DNA of 64,000 nucleotides from Diplonema japonicum (lineage: Eukaryota; Protista; Euglenozoa: Diplonemea), in assembly GCA_964019335.1 (NCBI GenBank), contig OZ025712.1:310001-374000 (forward strand), given 5' to 3'. The notes beneath the pieces are model-generated. The model was not told where the DNA came from and searched no databases. It saw only the letters and a list, made by a program, of their open reading frames with translations. Position 1 is the stretch's first letter; the number at the start of each line of letters is the position of its first letter. The translations under genes and the position numbers were made by a program. This document shows positions 59,203 to 64,000 of the stretch, in pieces.

Positions 59203-59538
59203 AAGGAGGGTTGAAATAGATTTCTTTTTTTTTTTGGGACACTGGCAGGAGGGGTTAAAAAAAATGGGGAGAAAAAAAAAACATGCCAAATATGAAGAAA
59301 ATCTTTTTTTTTTTCCTTGGGGTTTTGAAAAAAAAAAGAGCACCCCCCCCGATAGGGGGACAGTTTAAAAAAGAAAAACCTCTAAGTATACAAAAAAAAG
59401 AGAAAACCCCATATCCGGCCGTGGTTGTCTTTAGGGGGGGGGGGGGGGGAGCATAAGGGGAAAAAAAACAAAAAAGAACCGTATGATAACACTTCCCAAA
59501 GAAAATGGAAACAAATAAATAAAAAAAAATTTTTTTTT

Positions 59539-59601
59539 CTAGATAACCCTGGTTCCCTGCCCGGTCATAATTTGCCCCGGTATGTTCATGTGAGTACCAG
59601 A

Positions 59602-59635
<34 letters not shown>

Positions 59636-60432
59636 TTGTAACATACCCCACTGGACCAGCATCGAACTGACCATAAGGAGCTCTGATGGGCGTTCTCTTG
59701 CTCTCAAGCGAGGCCCAATTCTCCATCACGATTCTTTCTTCCTCAGAATCGGTGAAAGATTTTTCAGTGGTGTCCTTGTGCGCCTCCGACAACCCAACCC
59801 CGTGAAGCGCCGATGACCTGAGCGAAGTGATCTCCTCCTCCGTAAGGTCACGCACCTTTTCACAAGGAACCCCCGCCCACAGCTCCCCGCTGGGGATAAC
59901 CATGAATTTTTGAACAACAGAACCCGGTGCGACAATAGACTGCGATTCAATACGAGCACCGTCCATCACTACACTACCCGCTCCCACAAAAACATCATCG
60001 GCAATAGATGCACCAGTAATGGTGCAGCCAGGCTCGATGGTCACATGGCTCCCAATTGTACAGGAGCTGCCTGGCGAACATCTGACAACACACCTGTCCT
60101 GAATTGTAGTGTTGGCTGCTATGCTCACATCTCTGCTATCCGCTCTGATAACGGTTTGGTAGAACACACCGACTTTCGAGCCCAAGTGCGCCGCACCGAT
60201 TACATTTGCATTGGGAGCCACGAAACAGTCGTGGTTCACATAAGGGGTTCTTCCCCCAAAGGGGTTCACCCTCCTCCAGCTTGTCACTCGTTCTTTATGC
60301 GTATTGGTACCTTGGAAGATGCATCCTATTCTATCAAGCTGTGTATGTTTTTTTTTTTTATTGGGGGTGATATACCTGAAACGCAGCCTCCCTGCACGCG
60401 AACCCAAACCCTCTCGAGAAATGGTTCAGCAT
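59539..60432 (-). CDS. Gamma-carbonic anhydrase-like subunit (mitochondrial complex I type); 3 exons (introns 60339-60375 and 59603-59646)
   Basis: Spliced N-terminus GFACREAAFQ|LDRIGCIFQG resembles plant gammaCA; FVAPNANVIG, hexapeptide repeats, IPSGELWAGVP. Confidence 0.88.
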
Positions 60433-60716
60433 TTTATATTATTATTTTTTTTTTTTTTTGTATTCCCTCTTTTTTTTTTCACCGAAAAAAAAAAAAGAAG
60501 AGAAAAGTATCCCCTTCCCTCTTTTTTTCCCTTTTTTCTTTCCTGTTTTTTTGTTTGTTGGGGGGGTTGGTGAAAAAAAAAAAGTAAAGCAAGCGTAAAT
60601 GGGATTTCAAAAAATAGGGAGTCAGAATGTGCCCGCGCCCAGAGGGTTCTGATGCCGGCTTTAAAAAAAAAAAAAAAAAAAAAAAAAATCTACTCAATTC
60701 TTTCCCAAAACCCTTC

Positions 60717-62948
60717 TCACCCCACAACCGAGTCCTTAATCCGTAGGTACAAAGTTCCATGAGGTGGTGTAAACCACTTCTCCGTTGCAACCATGTTGCA
60801 GAGACTCTTTGCTTGGAGCAGTACTGTGGGAGTGTAGTGAACAAGAATGCCTCCCTCAGGGAGTGGAGGGGTGGCGGGAGGAAAAGGAGCTAGCGGCCCC
60901 GTGGCCGACGCGCCGAGAAGCGACCCCCGCAGGAGAGGATCCGGGGTCAAAGCGGTGGTTCTAAAATGCTTGAGAATCGTTTCGCAAAGGAGGACCGTCG
61001 TTAGGAAATCGGAAAATTTCGCTGGCGGCTCAAGATAGAAATCTGCAGGGCTCTTCGGACTGCACGAAACAAAGAAACTGAATAAACAATAACCCAGCTC
61101 CATGAAGTACTTCTTCACTTCGTTGCACATCTCCGTGATCTCAGGATGCGTCACAACCTCCTCACGAGACGGGGCCTCTTGTTTCACAACAACGACCTCC
61201 TCCACCTCTTCAACAACCTGTCTCTCCTGTACTTTCGTACAGCCCTGCACATCTGCAACTTCGACAGATTCTTCAATCCTACTTACTTTCACGCCTACCA
61301 AAGCGATGGACTTGCATTTCTTTTCACGTTTCTTCGCTTCGGGAGGGTCAGGCATTGCAGTTTTCACGTCCGCGGTTCGTTTCAAGTGCCTTGTATTGTC
61401 TGCTGCTGTGTACGGCCTTGCTACCCGTGACGCAACAGGTAGTTGGGTTTGCATTTGAGCAGCCGAACACGGTCTGATCAACTGTTGTGGTGAGAGGGGT
61501 GTTGCAATATTTGTTTTTGATGCTTTCTTGTGAAGGAGGTACTCCGCCTGGACAATCAGTTCCGGGTGTGTCAGAAGAACTGTTTCGCTTCCCGAAGCTG
61601 CCAGCGGGATCTGCAGCTCCTTGCTGTGCTGTATTAAGAACATCCTGTTCACTTTTTTGACCTTCGAGATCTCCTCCTCTCTCTCGCGAGCTTCGTCTTT
61701 CGCTTCTTGTATAGAAACCTGCGGCAGCCTCACCCTACCCACAGTGCATTCTTGCAGGTCCTTTTTGTATGAGTACTTGAATGCAGGCGCGGGTGTGTTG
61801 TTGTTCGTCTTTACCACCAATTGAAGTTTGGTTGTCTTGACAGTAGGCTGTACTGGTGTTGTTGTCTTTTTCAGTTGCAACGCAGCGTTGGCGTGGAGTG
61901 GAACGGGTTCGGGTGGTGGTGGTGGTGCCCGTGGTGGTGGGTTGTCCAGCAGCTTCTCTACCGGCGGTTTTTTCCGTTTCTTTTGTTGTTTCTTCTGTTT
62001 CAAAAGCAGCTCCTCCTTGTGCTGAGCCGCTTCCCGCTGCTGTTCCCGCTCGCTGTTCTTCACCGCTTGCCGCATTTTTTCTATCTCGCTCTCACGTTCC
62101 CGCCTCCTCTCCCGGTCCTCCTTTCTTTCCTTTTTCATTCGAAACATTTTTTTAATTTTAAGCGCACGGTCGGCAATATCAGCAAGCTCCACAGAACGAA
62201 GGCTTGTTGCCAAATCGACAGGCACCTTCGAGTCAGATATCCTGATAGATGTAGCAAAGAGAAGGTACAGTGCATTGGTGTCGGATATTTTGAAGTGGAG
62301 CACCATTCGCGACACGCTGAGGTGGTCGACAGTGAGAATGTGGGCGACGATGGTGTGACAATGTTCCTTAAGACGATTTCTAAGGACTGGGCTTGCCTGC
62401 ACCGTGTGAACAGCATCGGGTGGAGCTTCCACTGTAACATGTCTTTTATACAAATCGACGTGCGTGTCCAAAACGCTGTGGACATTGTACCTAGACTCCA
62501 CCATGAACAGTCCTGGTGACCAGGTCGCGCTGAGTACTGTGTCGTGAACGCCCTTAGGTTTTACGAATTTCTGTAGTAGCCCCCTTGGTTTTTCGGTGTG
62601 GCTTACACTCAGGAACTGTCCAAGTGCATCGGGTGTGAGGTATCTTATGTCTTGCTTTACGCTGATGAAGACAGCGCACACCTCTCCTGGTCGGGTGCCG
62701 TAGGTCATCATTGTCCTCACGATGTCCATTGTGCAGTCCTTTCCCACCCTCTTCTTCACCTCTGGTACGCCCTTCCGTTTCCCTCCCTTCTCGCAGACAT
62801 ATATGGTCTTCACAAAGCCTTGCTCCAACAATACTGTGCACGGTACCAGTACCCTTGCTCCGTACAGGTCCTTGTTCTCCTTTGCCAGGTGGTCGAACAA
62901 AGCCGGGCCGACACCATCGCCCTCTACTGGGTGGTTGTTCAGCACCAT
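60717..62948 (-). CDS. Hypothetical protein (~740 aa) with central coiled coil
   Basis: Long ORF; start taken as MVLNNHP because the upstream extension is homopolymer. Confidence 0.75.
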   Translation of the reverse strand: MVLNNHPVEGDGVGPALFDHLAKENKDLYGARVLVPCTVLLEQGFVKTIYVCEKGGKRKGVPEVKKRVGKDCTMDIVRTMMTYGTRPGEVCAVFISVKQDIRYLTPDALGQFLSVSHTEKPRGLLQKFVKPKGVHDTVLSATWSPGLFMVESRYNVHSVLDTHVDLYKRHVTVEAPPDAVHTVQASPVLRNRLKEHCHTIVAHILTVDHLSVSRMVLHFKISDTNALYLLFATSIRISDSKVPVDLATSLRSVELADIADRALKIKKMFRMKKERKEDRERRRERESEIEKMRQAVKNSEREQQREAAQHKEELLLKQKKQQKKRKKPPVEKLLDNPPPRAPPPPPEPVPLHANAALQLKKTTTPVQPTVKTTKLQLVVKTNNNTPAPAFKYSYKKDLQECTVGRVRLPQVSIQEAKDEAREREEEISKVKKVNRMFLIQHSKELQIPLAASGSETVLLTHPELIVQAEYLLHKKASKTNIATPLSPQQLIRPCSAAQMQTQLPVASRVARPYTAADNTRHLKRTADVKTAMPDPPEAKKREKKCKSIALVGVKVSRIEESVEVADVQGCTKVQERQVVEEVEEVVVVKQEAPSREEVVTHPEITEMCNEVKKYFMELGYCLFSFFVSCSPKSPADFYLEPPAKFSDFLTTVLLCETILKHFRTTALTPDPLLRGSLLGASATGPLAPFPPATPPLPEGGILVHYTPTVLLQAKSLCNMVATEKWFTPPHGTLYLRIKDSVVG

Positions 62949-63450
62949 CGTGAGAACCCCCCCCTTTTTTTGTGTTCTCTTTTTTTTTGGGGGGGGGGCA
63001 AAAAGGGAGATTTTGAGCCGGGGGCCTGGAACCCAAAGAACAATGTCCGGGGGGGGGGGGGGGGGGGGGAAGGTGTCTTTGAAAGGAACCTGCAGTATGT
63101 GACCGGATCGCCTAAATAAAAAAAAAGAAAAAAAAGAGGAAAAAAACCGGTTCAAGTTAATCCAGCACTTTTGCATCTTGCGACGAAAACAAGAAGGCAG
63201 TCGAAAAAAGCTTCTGTCCGGGAATTGGTCAGGCCGCGTTGTGGTGTTGGCTCAGAAAATCTTTTTCTGGGTAATTTTGTCAATGCGACATCCCCACCCA
63301 ACCCACACTTCAGTAGTCTTTCAAAAAAGAAATAAACCTCAAAGACTTTAGAAAAAAAACCTCCCCCCAAAAAAAAAACGACGGATTACAATGATCTCAA
63401 AAATAAAGAAAAAATCCACTTTTTTTTTCTTTTTCTTTTCTTGTCGCAAC

Positions 63451-63903
63451 CTACAAACGGCGACCACGCCTACCACCCTTACGACGGGTGCAGTCGGTGG
63501 GAGTGGGGGTCACATCCTCGATACGGCCGATCTTGACACCGGCACGCGCAAGCGCGCGAAGTGCGGACTGGGCGCCGGGGCCGGGGGATTTGGTGCCGAC
63601 ACCACCGGTGGCCCTCAACTTGATGTGAAGCGCAGTGATACCGATCTCCTTGCAACGAGCGGCAACGTCCTGCGCGGCAAGCATTGCTGCGTAAGGGGAG
63701 GATTCGTCCCTGTCGGCCTTCACCTTCATTCCACCAGTGACACGCACGAAGGTCTCCCTCCCGCTCATATCGGTCACGTGCACGAACGTGTCGTTGAAGG
63801 ACGCGAAGATGTGGCACATCCCGAAAACCATGGTGTCGGCGTCCACGTTGGGCCCAAGCCTCGCGGCCTCCTCTTTCACTCTGACAACCTTCTTACCGGG
63901 CAT
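63451..63903 (-). CDS. RPS14: 40S ribosomal protein S14 (uS11)
   Basis: [44 protein letters not shown]. Confidence 0.98.
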   Translation of the reverse strand: MPGKKVVRVKEEAARLGPNVDADTMVFGMCHIFASFNDTFVHVTDMSGRETFVRVTGGMKVKADRDESSPYAAMLAAQDVAARCKEIGITALHIKLRATGGVGTKSPGPGAQSALRALARAGVKIGRIEDVTPTPTDCTRRKGGRRGRRL

Positions 63904-64000
63904 CTTTGATGTATTGACGAAACTGGCTGTGCGTTTCTTTTTTTTTCTTTTTTTTTTCTTTTGAATATCAGAAAAAGAGAAGAAGTACGTCCACGAAAGT

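Noticed and set aside
63150-63350. Possible snoRNA downstream of RPS14
   Set aside because: No convincing box C/D pair or hairpin-AGA structure was found.
1-64000. Plus-strand ORFs and short poly-F/poly-K ORFs in the track
   Set aside because: They are antisense shadows of real minus-strand genes (e.g. 17867-18880) or stop-free homopolymer UTRs.

Overview
Eukaryotic genomic DNA, probably from a euglenozoan. The RPS14 motifs [10 protein letters not shown] and [13 protein letters not shown] are trypanosome-like, and the abundant cis-introns point to a diplonemid-like lineage; this assignment is an inference. All ~27 supportable protein genes lie on the minus strand in one unbroken directional cluster, separated by spacers made largely of A/T/G/C homopolymers. 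Recognisable genes include an ML-domain protein, a PPR protein, M18 aspartyl aminopeptidase, a kelch protein, gamma-tubulin, eIF3f, Mpv17/PMP22, thiolase, TatD, a KH/RD protein, Atg2, a pseudo-metacaspase, an F-box/TM protein, a BTB-beta-helix protein, MoaA, an H2B variant, NAK and MAPK-like kinases, gamma-carbonic anhydrase and RPS14. Many ORFs in the track break at 'KKKKK' stretches. I resolved these by hand as 24 GT-AG introns. Twenty-one are 34-58 nt long, and most of those carry a sense-strand poly(A) tract where a polypyrimidine tract would be expected. Gene starts instead show T-tract-AG-A-tract-ATG, suggesting a homopolymer code that separates cis- from trans-splicing. Other elements: four copies of a 180-nt C/D-box RNA inside one intron, interrupted by two abutting TA-flanked MITEs; a 3x tandem C/D plus AGA-box snoRNA-like cluster; a palindromic element in the eIF3f intron; LINE remnants; and a candidate antisense structured RNA.
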